A stretch of DNA of 33,775 nt from Planctomycetia bacterium (GCA_009919445.1 RGBY01000002.1:1-33775), one strand, 5' to 3'; shown: positions 7,555 through 16,362, counted from the first letter of the stretch. Program-made: numbers and translations. The notes: generated from the letters alone by a model not told the origin.

Positions 7555-9891
7555 ATGGGGCTTTCCTTCCTCAACTGGCTGTTGCTGGGCGGTATCACAC
7601 TGGTTGCAGTGCCGATTGTGCTGCACCTGTTGATGCGGCGGAAGCCTGTTCCCCATGCCTTTCCAGCGATGCGATTCCTGCAGATCAAGGCCAAGGAAAC
7701 ACGCCGCCGGCTCAAACTCCAGCACCTCTTGTTGTTGCTCGTGCGGGTGGCAGTGATTTTGCTGTTGGCGTTGGCGTTGGCTCGGCCGGTCCTCCGGGGA
7801 AGTGGCTGGCTGGCGACTGGGGAAGGTCCGGTGGCGGTTGCCTGTGTGATTGATACGGCTCCACGGATGCTGCTGCGGGAAGGGAATCAGACTCGGCTGG
7901 ATGTCGTTTCGGAGTTGGCGGCCGACCTTTTTGCCAAGTTGCCCCGGGAAAGCATGATTGCAGTGGTCGATACTGCCGGCAGTGGTGCCGCCTTCTCGCC
8001 GAGTCGCGCTGCAGCCAGTAGCCGTATTGAACGGCTCACCGCTGCGTCATCTGTAGGGGGATTGCCGGTCGCCCTAGCAGATGCAGCTCGTTTGCTGGAG
8101 TCAGCGCCGTTGCCACACCGAGAACTCTATGTCTTCACGGACCTCTCCCGTGGCGGCTGGGAGCGGCCAATCCCACCAGATTGGGACGAGCTGCATCCTG
8201 GCATCAGTCTCTTTTTTGTCGATGTGGCAGCCAAGACGCCCCAGAACTTCGCAGTGGAAAATCTGGAACTGTCGGCAGAGCAGATTGCCGTGGGAAGCCC
8301 TGTCACGGTGACTGTCACAACCCGTCGGGTAGGCCCAGAAGCGACTCGATCAGTGGCGGTCGAACTACTTTCAGCCACTGGTGAGTTTCTCCGTCGAGGC
8401 GAAAAGCCCGTCGTCTGGCGGGAAGGTGAGCCAGGTCAGGTCCAGTTCGAACTTGGCGGCCTGGAGCCGGGTGTGCATCAGGGGCGGGTGGTGATCGACG
8501 GGGGCGACTCACTTGCGGCTGATGATGCCATCGATTTCACCATCGAAGTTGGCCCCTCTCCTCGAGTACTTGTGGCTGCCCCAGAACCGATTGAAACAAC
8601 CGGGCTCTTTTTCACAGAGGCCGTCGCGCCGCTTCCGCTGGTGCGGGCGGGGCGGAGTGACTTTACCGTTACGCTGGTCCCTTTTGCGGATCTGGAGACC
8701 GAGTCATGGGATGAGTTTCGGGGAATGGTGCTCCTTGATCCTCCGCCATTGCGACCAGGAACCTGGGGGCTTCTCCAACAGTGGATAAGTCAGGGAGGAG
8801 GTCTGGTCATCTGGCTGGGGCCGCAGGCAGGATCACCGGAAGCGTTTAGCACTCCCGCCAGCGAGGCAGTGCTAGGGGGGCGGCTGAAACGGGTCTGGCG
8901 GAATGCCGATCGTGGTAACTACCTCGCGCCCGCCGCGCTTGATCATCCTTTGCTGGCTGCCTTTCGTCGGGTGGCTGATGGTGTGCCCTGGCAGGATTTC
9001 CCTGTTTTCCGTCACTGGGAATTCCAGCCCACACCTCCTGACGACCGGGCTGATGGAGAGGCGGTCTTGCCTGCCATTCCACTCGTGTCTTACCGCAATG
9101 GGCTGTCGGCAGTTTTGGAAAAGCCACTCGGGCAAGGCCGGGTGATCGTGGTGACAACACCAGTGTCACAGCCAGCCAGCGATCCAGATGCATGGAACCT
9201 GCTGGCCACCGGCTTTGAGCCCTGGCCGTTTGTGATGTTGGCCAATGAAATGCTCAGCCATGCGGTATCGAGTCAGGATGACCTCAACATCACCTCGGGC
9301 GAAGTTGCCAGTTTGAGAATCGGGCGTCGTGATCTGCCTACAGTGACGGTACGAACCCCACTGGGCGACACTTTTCCGGCGGCCGTCGATCAACGACGGG
9401 GAACCATTGCCATTACCGCGACCCGACAGCCAGGTAGTTATGGTGTGCGATCAGGCGGTGATGTCGGAGGTCTTTCCCGTGGCTTTAGTGTGAGTCTGCC
9501 GCCAGCAGCGACCGATTTCCGACGCCTGCGTGAAGCCGAACTGTCGGCGGCACTTGGGCCCAACCACCGACTTGTGGCTGATATCGACAGCCTGGTTCGT
9601 GATGTCACCCGGGAACGGGTCGGCGTGGAATTATCGGGCTGGCTGCTGATGCTGGCGGCGGGCTTCCTTGCCTTCGACTGGGTGCTTGCCAACCGGTTCT
9701 ATGCGTCACGATCGGGAGCCGACCCTGAGGCTGGGGCAGCCGAGGTTTTTGCCGAAAGCCTTGCCGAAGCAAGTGGCAGTGAGGGGGCGGGAACTGCGGT
9801 CCTGCCGCCGCCGGTTCCATCGCTGCCCCTGCCAGCGTCTCCCCCGCCCCTACCTGCCGACTTTGGCCTGCCGACGGAGCCACAGTCATGA
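7555..9891 (+). CDS. BatA-N-terminal-domain membrane protein with a VWA-like region (778 aa)
   Basis: The N-terminus MGLSFLNWLLLGGITLVAVPIVLHLLMRRKP is the aerotolerance-regulator N-terminal (BatA) motif. A second TM segment lies near the C-terminus and is followed by a Pro-rich tail. The gap from DUF58 is 10 nt. Confidence 0.75.
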   Translation: MGLSFLNWLLLGGITLVAVPIVLHLLMRRKPVPHAFPAMRFLQIKAKETRRRLKLQHLLLLLVRVAVILLLALALARPVLRGSGWLATGEGPVAVACVIDTAPRMLLREGNQTRLDVVSELAADLFAKLPRESMIAVVDTAGSGAAFSPSRAAASSRIERLTAASSVGGLPVALADAARLLESAPLPHRELYVFTDLSRGGWERPIPPDWDELHPGISLFFVDVAAKTPQNFAVENLELSAEQIAVGSPVTVTVTTRRVGPEATRSVAVELLSATGEFLRRGEKPVVWREGEPGQVQFELGGLEPGVHQGRVVIDGGDSLAADDAIDFTIEVGPSPRVLVAAPEPIETTGLFFTEAVAPLPLVRAGRSDFTVTLVPFADLETESWDEFRGMVLLDPPPLRPGTWGLLQQWISQGGGLVIWLGPQAGSPEAFSTPASEAVLGGRLKRVWRNADRGNYLAPAALDHPLLAAFRRVADGVPWQDFPVFRHWEFQPTPPDDRADGEAVLPAIPLVSYRNGLSAVLEKPLGQGRVIVVTTPVSQPASDPDAWNLLATGFEPWPFVMLANEMLSHAVSSQDDLNITSGEVASLRIGRRDLPTVTVRTPLGDTFPAAVDQRRGTIAITATRQPGSYGVRSGGDVGGLSRGFSVSLPPAATDFRRLREAELSAALGPNHRLVADIDSLVRDVTRERVGVELSGWLLMLAAGFLAFDWVLANRFYASRSGADPEAGAAEVFAESLAEASGSEGAGTAVLPPPVPSLPLPASPPPLPADFGLPTEPQS

Positions 9892-11087
9892 CAACCGGAG
9901 AGATGGTTCGTGATTTGACACTTGGCTTTGAGCCGGTCGGCTCGTGGCTGCTGTTTGTTTTGATTGCCGCGATTCTGGGCGGCGTGCTCTTCATGTTTGG
10001 CCCCGATACCAGCCGGCTCTCTCGGCGGGGCGGCCTGGTGCTGACACTGTTGCGACTGACGGCCATGATTTGCCTGCTTGTCTGCCTGCTCCGCCCCACG
10101 CTGGTTGGTACAGGCCGATCACTTCAGCAGGCGACCGTGCTGGTATTGGCTGACAGGTCGGAGAGCATGACGGTTGCCGATGGTCCTCACGGGCAGAGTC
10201 GCTGGGATCACCTCAGGCAGACACTTCAGTTAGCAACCCCGGCGGCCCAGCGAGCTGTCGACAAGGCTGGGGTCGATATTCACACCTGGGTCTTTGATCG
10301 AGAGTCTCGGGAACAGCCAGCAGTTCCAGGCCAGCTCTTTGATTTGGGTGACTGGCAACGCCTCGCCACGGTCGAGGAGACGGCCATCGGCGCCGCGCTC
10401 GAGGCTTCGCGGCGTGCGTTGGCGGATCAGCCCTTGGCGGGTGTGGTGCTTCTCAGCGACGGCGGGCAGCACGCTTATCCTCCACGTGACCTTCCCCCGC
10501 AGACCGAGGCGAGGCGATTGGGTGAGCGAGGCGTACCGCTTTGGGCGATTACCTTCGGCAGAGCCCGTGGTGCAGCCCAGTCACGAGATGCAGCGGTTCT
10601 CGGCCTATCAATTTCTGAGAAGGTTTTCCGTGGAAATGCTGTCGAGGTGGTTGGTCGAGTCCGGCTTGACGGCCTCAGCGACCGCGAAGCTGTTGTAAAG
10701 CTGCTGGTGGAGCAGGTCGACGGAGGGATGGCAGAGGTGGCCAGACGCCGTGTGCAGGCTGCAGGTGGCACGACGGAGGAAACGGTACGACTGGAATGGA
10801 CACCGGAGGCACTGGGAGAGCGAAAGGTCCAGCTTGTGGTTGAGCCAATCGAAGGAGAGACCGTTGCGACCAATAACGAGGTGTCAACCTTTGTCGATGT
10901 ACCATCCGAACCCGGGTTGAAGCCGGGGCGGGCATCGGTCTGCTTGGCGGCTTTCATGCCTTCGAAGCTGGTGGCTGGGGAAGTTCACCCCTGGGCAGTC
11001 TGCTGCCCTATGAAAAAGATCCACTTGCTCGACAGCAGTTTGGACAACCAATCCGCAACGATAATCATCTTCGTGGGCCACTCGTGA
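9888..11087 (+). CDS. Membrane VWA-like protein, N-terminal fragment of an apparently frame-disrupted gene
   Basis: There is an ATGA overlap with the upstream gene. It has TM segments and a VWA-like LVLADRSESM motif. The last 60 or so codons (PSEPGLKPGRASVCLAAFMPSKLVAGEVHPWAVCCPMKK...) look non-protein-like, while another frame reads through convincingly (see finding). Confidence 0.6.
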   Translation: MTTGEMVRDLTLGFEPVGSWLLFVLIAAILGGVLFMFGPDTSRLSRRGGLVLTLLRLTAMICLLVCLLRPTLVGTGRSLQQATVLVLADRSESMTVADGPHGQSRWDHLRQTLQLATPAAQRAVDKAGVDIHTWVFDRESREQPAVPGQLFDLGDWQRLATVEETAIGAALEASRRALADQPLAGVVLLSDGGQHAYPPRDLPPQTEARRLGERGVPLWAITFGRARGAAQSRDAAVLGLSISEKVFRGNAVEVVGRVRLDGLSDREAVVKLLVEQVDGGMAEVARRRVQAAGGTTEETVRLEWTPEALGERKVQLVVEPIEGETVATNNEVSTFVDVPSEPGLKPGRASVCLAAFMPSKLVAGEVHPWAVCCPMKKIHLLDSSLDNQSATIIIFVGHS

Positions 11088-11941
11088 TGTTGCCTGATCG
11101 ACGTTTTGGCGGTGTGACCATGCTGAGGCAGGGTGAAAGTCTGGCCGAATCGCTGGAGGTCTGGAAAGGTCTGCCGACACTCGATGGGGCCAATCGGCTG
11201 CCGCGGTTGCTGCCCATGGCCAAGCCGCTTGCGGAGACAGCTGATCATGTGCCGCTTCTGGTCGCTCGTGAATATGGGCTTGGCCGGGTGCTTGCCTTTG
11301 CGGCTGATTCCACCTGGCGGTGGGCGATGCAAGGAGCGGCTGACGCCCACCGACGGTTCTGGCGGCAGTTGGTGCTGTGGCTCGCCCGTCGTGACGATGC
11401 CGACGGTGAAACGTTGTGGCTTAAACTGGCTCGACGGCGAATCTCTGTTGGGAGCCCACTCGTTTTTGATGCTGGGATCACACGACCTGACGGTACGCTA
11501 GTCGAAGAGATTCCCCTGTCGGCGCAGGTTATGAACCCTGCTGGGCGGTCCTTGCCGCTTCGGCTCATTCGCAAAGGCGAAGCGTTCACCGGTGCCGTCC
11601 CCGCCTGTGGTGAGCCGGGTGACTGGAAAGTGATTGTTCGGTCGGGACCAGATGCAGAGGAACAGTCGGCCCGCTTCACGGTCTACCGGCAGGATCTTGA
11701 ACTGGCCAACCCGCGGGCCAATGGCTTGCTCATGAGTCAGATTGCCAGTGCGACCACCGGGGGTACCCGGCTACCAGAGGAACTGCCTGGAATCTTCGAT
11801 GATCTGGCGGAGCGACCAGCAGAATATGCCACGGTCGAGCAGTGGTCGTTCTCCATTTGGGATAACTGGTTCCTGTTGCTGCTTCTGACGGGCTGTCTCA
11901 GCATGGAATGGTTCTTAAGAAAACGCTGGGGCCTCGTCTGA
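11084..11941 (+). CDS. GATase1-like (DUF1355-type) plus C-terminal TM protein, C-terminal fragment of the same disrupted gene
   Basis: The track ORF starts at GTG 11084, but this frame is already open from 10877. There it encodes GAGIGLLGGFHAFEAGGWGSSPLGSLLPYE, typical of putative glutamine-amidotransferase-like membrane proteins. Downstream come PLLVAREYGLGRVLAFAADSTWRW and RFWRQLVLWL. Confidence 0.6.
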   Translation: MMLPDRRFGGVTMLRQGESLAESLEVWKGLPTLDGANRLPRLLPMAKPLAETADHVPLLVAREYGLGRVLAFAADSTWRWAMQGAADAHRRFWRQLVLWLARRDDADGETLWLKLARRRISVGSPLVFDAGITRPDGTLVEEIPLSAQVMNPAGRSLPLRLIRKGEAFTGAVPACGEPGDWKVIVRSGPDAEEQSARFTVYRQDLELANPRANGLLMSQIASATTGGTRLPEELPGIFDDLAERPAEYATVEQWSFSIWDNWFLLLLLTGCLSMEWFLRKRWGLV

Positions 11942-12067
11942 GCCAGGTTCAAGTCTGAGCCGGGGCCTCGTCCTGATTGGGCCGGCAACCTGGCCTGCCC
12001 TTTTCGGTCAAGGAGGCAAGGCAGGCAAACTCGGCGCGAGGGGGAAGAGGAATCAGGAGTCTCTGCG

Positions 12068-13981
12068 GTGGCGAGTCGGCTAGCAGGCTGCTTTTCACCT
12101 TTAGTCCAGACAAGCACTCCTGCTACCGTCCCTGGCGAGGCTCGGCTTTCGGGCTTCTGCGGATTTGACAGCGGGAGATCGGCCGTGCCGAAACGACGCC
12201 CGATTCGTGACAAACTGCTCGTCGTGGGGCTGCTGGTCGGCTTCATGGTCTCACTTCTTTCTGCCAGTAGTTTTCTCGGGGTCTATTCGTACCGAAGGCT
12301 GGTTCGCGCCCTGAGCAGTCGAGCCACTGAATTGCCTCGAGCCAGTCACTTGGCAGCCTGTGTGGGTCAGTTGCGACTGGCCCATGTCCGGACGCTGGCG
12401 GCCGTTGATCTGGGCTTCTGGACAGAGCGTCCAGCACAGGCAGTGCCGCCCCCCAGCGTGCTTGAATCGGGAGAGCCCGATTTTCAACCGGCCAGCAATG
12501 GAGATGACGAAGTTGCGGAGAGAGACTGGGGTGAATCACCACCCCGCCCAAAGCCGCCAGCTACCGTTGTCGCGGGATCATTTTTGGACCAGGTTGCCCT
12601 CACCGCTGAAGCGCTGGATGCCTACTGTCGAGAGTTGGCTGCCGGTGAACTGGATGAACGTCCCTTCGGCGATCGAAGCCATGAACGAGACACAGCTCGC
12701 CAGATTGCCGCCGATCTCAAGGCAATCTGGCGTCTGGCCCGTGAGGCTTCAGAGGCAGCCACTCACCCAGCTGTTCCCCAAGAGGCTGCCGCGCTTGTTG
12801 ACGAACGGCTTCTCAAACTGACGGCCATTGGTTCCTATCTGGACTCACTGGCAAAGCTTTCAGCCACCCTGCCGACGTTTCTTCAGGCGCGGATGCATGA
12901 TCTGGCTTATGAGGTACGGGGTCGATACCGCACGCTGATCATCACCACCTGGGCAGCCGCATTGGCAGCAGTCATGCTGCTTGGAGCCCTTGGTGGGCTT
13001 ACCTATCGCTGGGTCTTCAAGCCCTTGCGGCAGCTGGGAAATGGGTCCCGGCGAATTGCTGCCGGTGACTTTGCCCATCGCATTGAACTCGATACCCGTG
13101 ACGAAATGGCGGAACTCGCCTCCGCGCTGAATGAAATGACCGATCGGTTTCAGGAAATTCGTGACGACCTCGATCGCCAGGTCCAGTTGCGAACGAAGGA
13201 AGTGATCCGGAGTGAGCAGCTGGCCAGTGTCGGATTCCTGGCCGCTGGTGTTGCCCATGAGATCAACAACCCGCTGGCCTCAATAGCCATGTGCGCAGAA
13301 TCGCTCGAAGATCGGCTGGGTGGTGAGGCCGATCCGGTGACAGTCCGGTATCTCCAGTTGATGCAGAATGAAGCCTTCCGCTGTAAGGGCATCACGGAAC
13401 GGCTCCTCGACTTTTCTCGAGTCGGTGAGGTGCGTCGCCAGGCAACTGCTCTGGGTGGTCTGGTGACAGATGTGGTCGACATGCTCGGGCATGTCGGTCG
13501 CTTTGCTGACAAAAGGGTGAGCATCGCCGAGGGGCCTGACGTGCTGGTGATGGCGAATCCGCAGGAACTGAAACAGGTTGTTCTCAACCTGCTGGTGAAT
13601 GCCTTTGACTCGATCGAAGCTGATGGTGAAGTTCACGTTTCGGTAGCCCGGGATGGGGACGAGGCGGTTCTGATTCTTGCCGATGATGGCTGTGGCATGA
13701 CTGCCGAAGTGCAGCAGCATCTCTTTGAGCCATTTTTTACCCGACGTGCCTCTGGCCTGGGGACGGGCCTTGGGCTTTCGATCGTCCATCGAATTGTGAC
13801 TGATCATGGCGGCAGGATTGAGGTGGCCAGCCCCGGCCCCGGCGCCGGGTCGACTTTTCGGGTCACCTTCCCTGTGGCGACGATTGGCATAACCTCTGTC
13901 GGTGAGGCTTCCGGCGGTGCAGCCGGCCGGACCACTGACACCCTCTCTCAGGAGCAGTCGCATGCCAGTCGGGCAGCCTGA
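12068..13981 (+). CDS. Sensor histidine kinase (two TM segments, unassigned sensor region of about 215 aa, HAMP, HisKA, HATPase)
   Basis: The HAMP region is RIAAGDFAHRIELDTRDEMAELASALNEMTDRF. The H-box is AHEINNPLASI, the N-box LLVNAFDS, G1 DDGCGM and G2 GLGTGLGLSIV. An alternative GTG start at 12185 follows GGGAGA. Confidence 0.85.
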   Translation: MASRLAGCFSPLVQTSTPATVPGEARLSGFCGFDSGRSAVPKRRPIRDKLLVVGLLVGFMVSLLSASSFLGVYSYRRLVRALSSRATELPRASHLAACVGQLRLAHVRTLAAVDLGFWTERPAQAVPPPSVLESGEPDFQPASNGDDEVAERDWGESPPRPKPPATVVAGSFLDQVALTAEALDAYCRELAAGELDERPFGDRSHERDTARQIAADLKAIWRLAREASEAATHPAVPQEAAALVDERLLKLTAIGSYLDSLAKLSATLPTFLQARMHDLAYEVRGRYRTLIITTWAAALAAVMLLGALGGLTYRWVFKPLRQLGNGSRRIAAGDFAHRIELDTRDEMAELASALNEMTDRFQEIRDDLDRQVQLRTKEVIRSEQLASVGFLAAGVAHEINNPLASIAMCAESLEDRLGGEADPVTVRYLQLMQNEAFRCKGITERLLDFSRVGEVRRQATALGGLVTDVVDMLGHVGRFADKRVSIAEGPDVLVMANPQELKQVVLNLLVNAFDSIEADGEVHVSVARDGDEAVLILADDGCGMTAEVQQHLFEPFFTRRASGLGTGLGLSIVHRIVTDHGGRIEVASPGPGAGSTFRVTFPVATIGITSVGEASGGAAGRTTDTLSQEQSHASRAA

Positions 13982-15416
13982 TCAGAAACCTGACTCGGAA
14001 CGGTCACCGCGACGGCTCCGTCTGCTGTTTGCAGACGATGAGCCTTCAATTCAGGAACTCATGCGGCTGGAGTTGCCGCGGCTGGGGCATGAAGCGACGG
14101 TCTGCCCCGATGGAGCGACGGCGCTGGCAGCGCTTGAGAAGAGCGAATTCGACTGCATTGTCGTTGATCTTGATATGCCAGGCGTCGGTGGGCTGGAGGT
14201 TATCAGGCGGGGGCGTGAGATTGCCCCTGACACGGAAGCCGTGATCATCACCGGGAAGTCATCCCTCGAGACTGCGGTGGCTGCCCTGCGGCAAGGAGTC
14301 TTTGACTACCTCACCAAGCCCTGCAAACTGGTTGAGATCGAGGCGGTGTTGCAGCGGGTTCGGCGGAAACGAGAACTGACACTCAAGCTGCGGGCCCTCG
14401 AGCGGCGGGTGCGGCAGGCTGAAGGGAGCATGCAGCTTGTCGGCAGGGCCGCCGCCGTGGCCCGCATGCAAGATCTGGTGACCCGCGTGGCGGCCAGTGA
14501 AGCAACCGTCTTGGTACGTGGCGAAACGGGAACGGGCAAGGAGCTGGTTGCCCGTTCAATTCATGAGCAGAGCCCGCGGGCGACGGGGCCGCTGGTTATC
14601 ATCAACTGCGGTGGGCTTCCTGAACAGCTTGTGGAAAGTGAACTCTTTGGCCATCGGCGTGGTGCCTTCACCGGGGCCGATGAGCATCGAGCCGGGCTGT
14701 TTGAGGTGGCTGACGGTGGCACGCTATTCCTCGATGAGATCGGTGAACTGCCGCCTGCCCTCCAGTCACGCCTGCTACGCGTGCTTGAGTCGGGCGAGAT
14801 TCGTCGTGTCGGTGATAACCATCCCATAACCGTCGATGTGCGGGTTGTTTGTGCAACCCATCGTTCTCTTGAGGAGATGGTTGAAGCAGGAAACTTCCGA
14901 GAAGACTTGCTCTTTCGAATTAACACCTTTGAGATTGAGACACCGCCGCTACGGGATCGGCTGGATGACCTGCCGGAACTGATCGAGCATTTCGTGCGGC
15001 TACGCCGGCAAATTCCACCGGAGTCTCAGGTGGCCACGGCCGAAACGATCGCACGCCTACGGCAGCATCGTTGGCCGGGCAACATCCGGGAACTGGCCAA
15101 CTGTATTGAGCACGCCCTCGTGCTCTGTGACGACCTTCCTCTGGAGCCCCGCCACCTTCCCGGACGCATCCGGCGGGCAACTGGTGAATCGTTTCCACCG
15201 GACAACCAGCCGACAGCGTTCGCAGAAAAGAGCCAGCAGTCGCAGCAGGCACCACGGAGCCTCAAGGAGTTGGAGACAGAGGCCATCCTTTCCGGCCTGA
15301 CTCGCAATGCTGGCAACAAGTCACGGACGGCGGAAGAGTTAGGAATCAGCCTGAAGACCCTCTACAACAAACTCAATCAGCTCAACGAAACTGCCGCTGA
15401 TCGAACGGTTGCCTGA
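13962..15416 (+). CDS. Sigma54-dependent response regulator (NtrC family: REC, AAA+ EBP, Fis-type HTH)
   Basis: The ATG at 13962 has AGGAG 7 nt upstream and overlaps the kinase gene by 20 nt. The REC domain shows LLFADDEP...VVDLDMPG. Walker A is GETGTGKE, there is an exact GAFTGA sigma54-contact loop, and Walker B is LFLDEIGEL. The C-terminal HTH is SRTAEELGISLKTLYNKL. Confidence 0.9.
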   Translation: MPVGQPDQKPDSERSPRRLRLLFADDEPSIQELMRLELPRLGHEATVCPDGATALAALEKSEFDCIVVDLDMPGVGGLEVIRRGREIAPDTEAVIITGKSSLETAVAALRQGVFDYLTKPCKLVEIEAVLQRVRRKRELTLKLRALERRVRQAEGSMQLVGRAAAVARMQDLVTRVAASEATVLVRGETGTGKELVARSIHEQSPRATGPLVIINCGGLPEQLVESELFGHRRGAFTGADEHRAGLFEVADGGTLFLDEIGELPPALQSRLLRVLESGEIRRVGDNHPITVDVRVVCATHRSLEEMVEAGNFREDLLFRINTFEIETPPLRDRLDDLPELIEHFVRLRRQIPPESQVATAETIARLRQHRWPGNIRELANCIEHALVLCDDLPLEPRHLPGRIRRATGESFPPDNQPTAFAEKSQQSQQAPRSLKELETEAILSGLTRNAGNKSRTAEELGISLKTLYNKLNQLNETAADRTVA

Positions 15417-15430
15417 GGGGGATCCGCGCC

Positions 15431-16201
15431 TTAGGTCTTGCGGACAACTCCAGCCAGAACGCCGAGCACCTTGGCGTTGCGAACATAAATCGGTTTCATC
15501 GATGCGTTGGCTGGCTGCAGGCGGATACGGTCTCGCTCAGGGAACCATTGTTTCAGCGTGGCTTCACCATCGTCAGTCTGTGCGACAACAATATCACCCG
15601 AACGGGCAGAGTTGCGCTTTTCAATAATCACCCAGTCGCCGTCAGCAATCTGCGCATCGATCATGGAGTCGCCCATGACCTTGAGAACGAAGTGATCATC
15701 GCGATCAAAGAGTTCCTCAAAGTCGAAGCGTTCCTTCTGCTCTTCGGCAGCACGGAGTGTCCCTGCAGCAACCCAGCCAGCCATCGCCATGCCCCGGCTG
15801 TGTGGTGACTCGGTGACCAGTTCAATCGCACGTGACATGTTGCGGCCACGTGTGATGAGCCCCTTTTTCTCCAGTGCTTTGAGATGGCAGACGACGCCAT
15901 TTGGTGAGCGGATGTCAAAAGCCTGCCCAATCTCGCGAACAGTTGGCCCGAAACCGCGGGAATAGATCTTGTCGCGAATAAAGGCGTAGATCTCCATTTG
16001 GCGGGCGGTGGGCATGTCACCTGCATCCTGGCTTTCTTCACCAGTTCCGAGCAGGGCAACCAATTCTGGTGAAGGCCGTTTTGCTGGTGCATAGGCCCGT
16101 GCCCGCTTTGCAGCAGCGGGGCGTTTGGCGGCCTGGCCGGCCCCACGTTTTCCGCGGTGAGTGGCAGCTGAGGTGGATGCGTCAGAGCGGGGCATGGTCA
16201 T
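15431..16201 (-). CDS. lexA: LexA repressor (S24 peptidase), possibly with a basic N-terminal extension
   Basis: The wHTH is ARQMEIYAFIRDKI...TVREIGQAF...VVCHLKALEKKGLI. The Ala-Gly cleavage region is VAAG, the catalytic Ser is in MGDSM and the catalytic Lys in EATLKQW. The start is uncertain: ATG 16201 or 16195 gives a Lys/Arg/Ala-rich extension of about 60 aa, whereas ATG 16015 (MPTARQMEIY) gives a canonical-length LexA. Confidence 0.85.
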   Translation of the reverse strand: MTMPRSDASTSAATHRGKRGAGQAAKRPAAAKRARAYAPAKRPSPELVALLGTGEESQDAGDMPTARQMEIYAFIRDKIYSRGFGPTVREIGQAFDIRSPNGVVCHLKALEKKGLITRGRNMSRAIELVTESPHSRGMAMAGWVAAGTLRAAEEQKERFDFEELFDRDDHFVLKVMGDSMIDAQIADGDWVIIEKRNSARSGDIVVAQTDDGEATLKQWFPERDRIRLQPANASMKPIYVRNAKVLGVLAGVVRKT

Positions 16202-16276
16202 ACCTTTACGTGGGAGGGAGCAAGATAGGTGAGCAGGAACAGGAGAGGGGGAAAGGGACACCTAATAGACATTTAT

Positions 16277-16304
16277 ATCTTACTATACGCGGGTTCACTG
16301 TCAA
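16277..16304 (-). promoter_or_regulatory. Candidate sigma70-type promoter for lexA
   Basis: On the minus strand I read TTGACA (16304-16299), a 16-nt spacer, then TAAGAT (16282-16277). This is pattern matching by eye only. Confidence 0.3.
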
Positions 16305-16362
16305 GGTCGGTGTCAGCCTAGGGGTGAACAGACCGGCTGGGTTTGGCCGGCGGTAGAATCAA

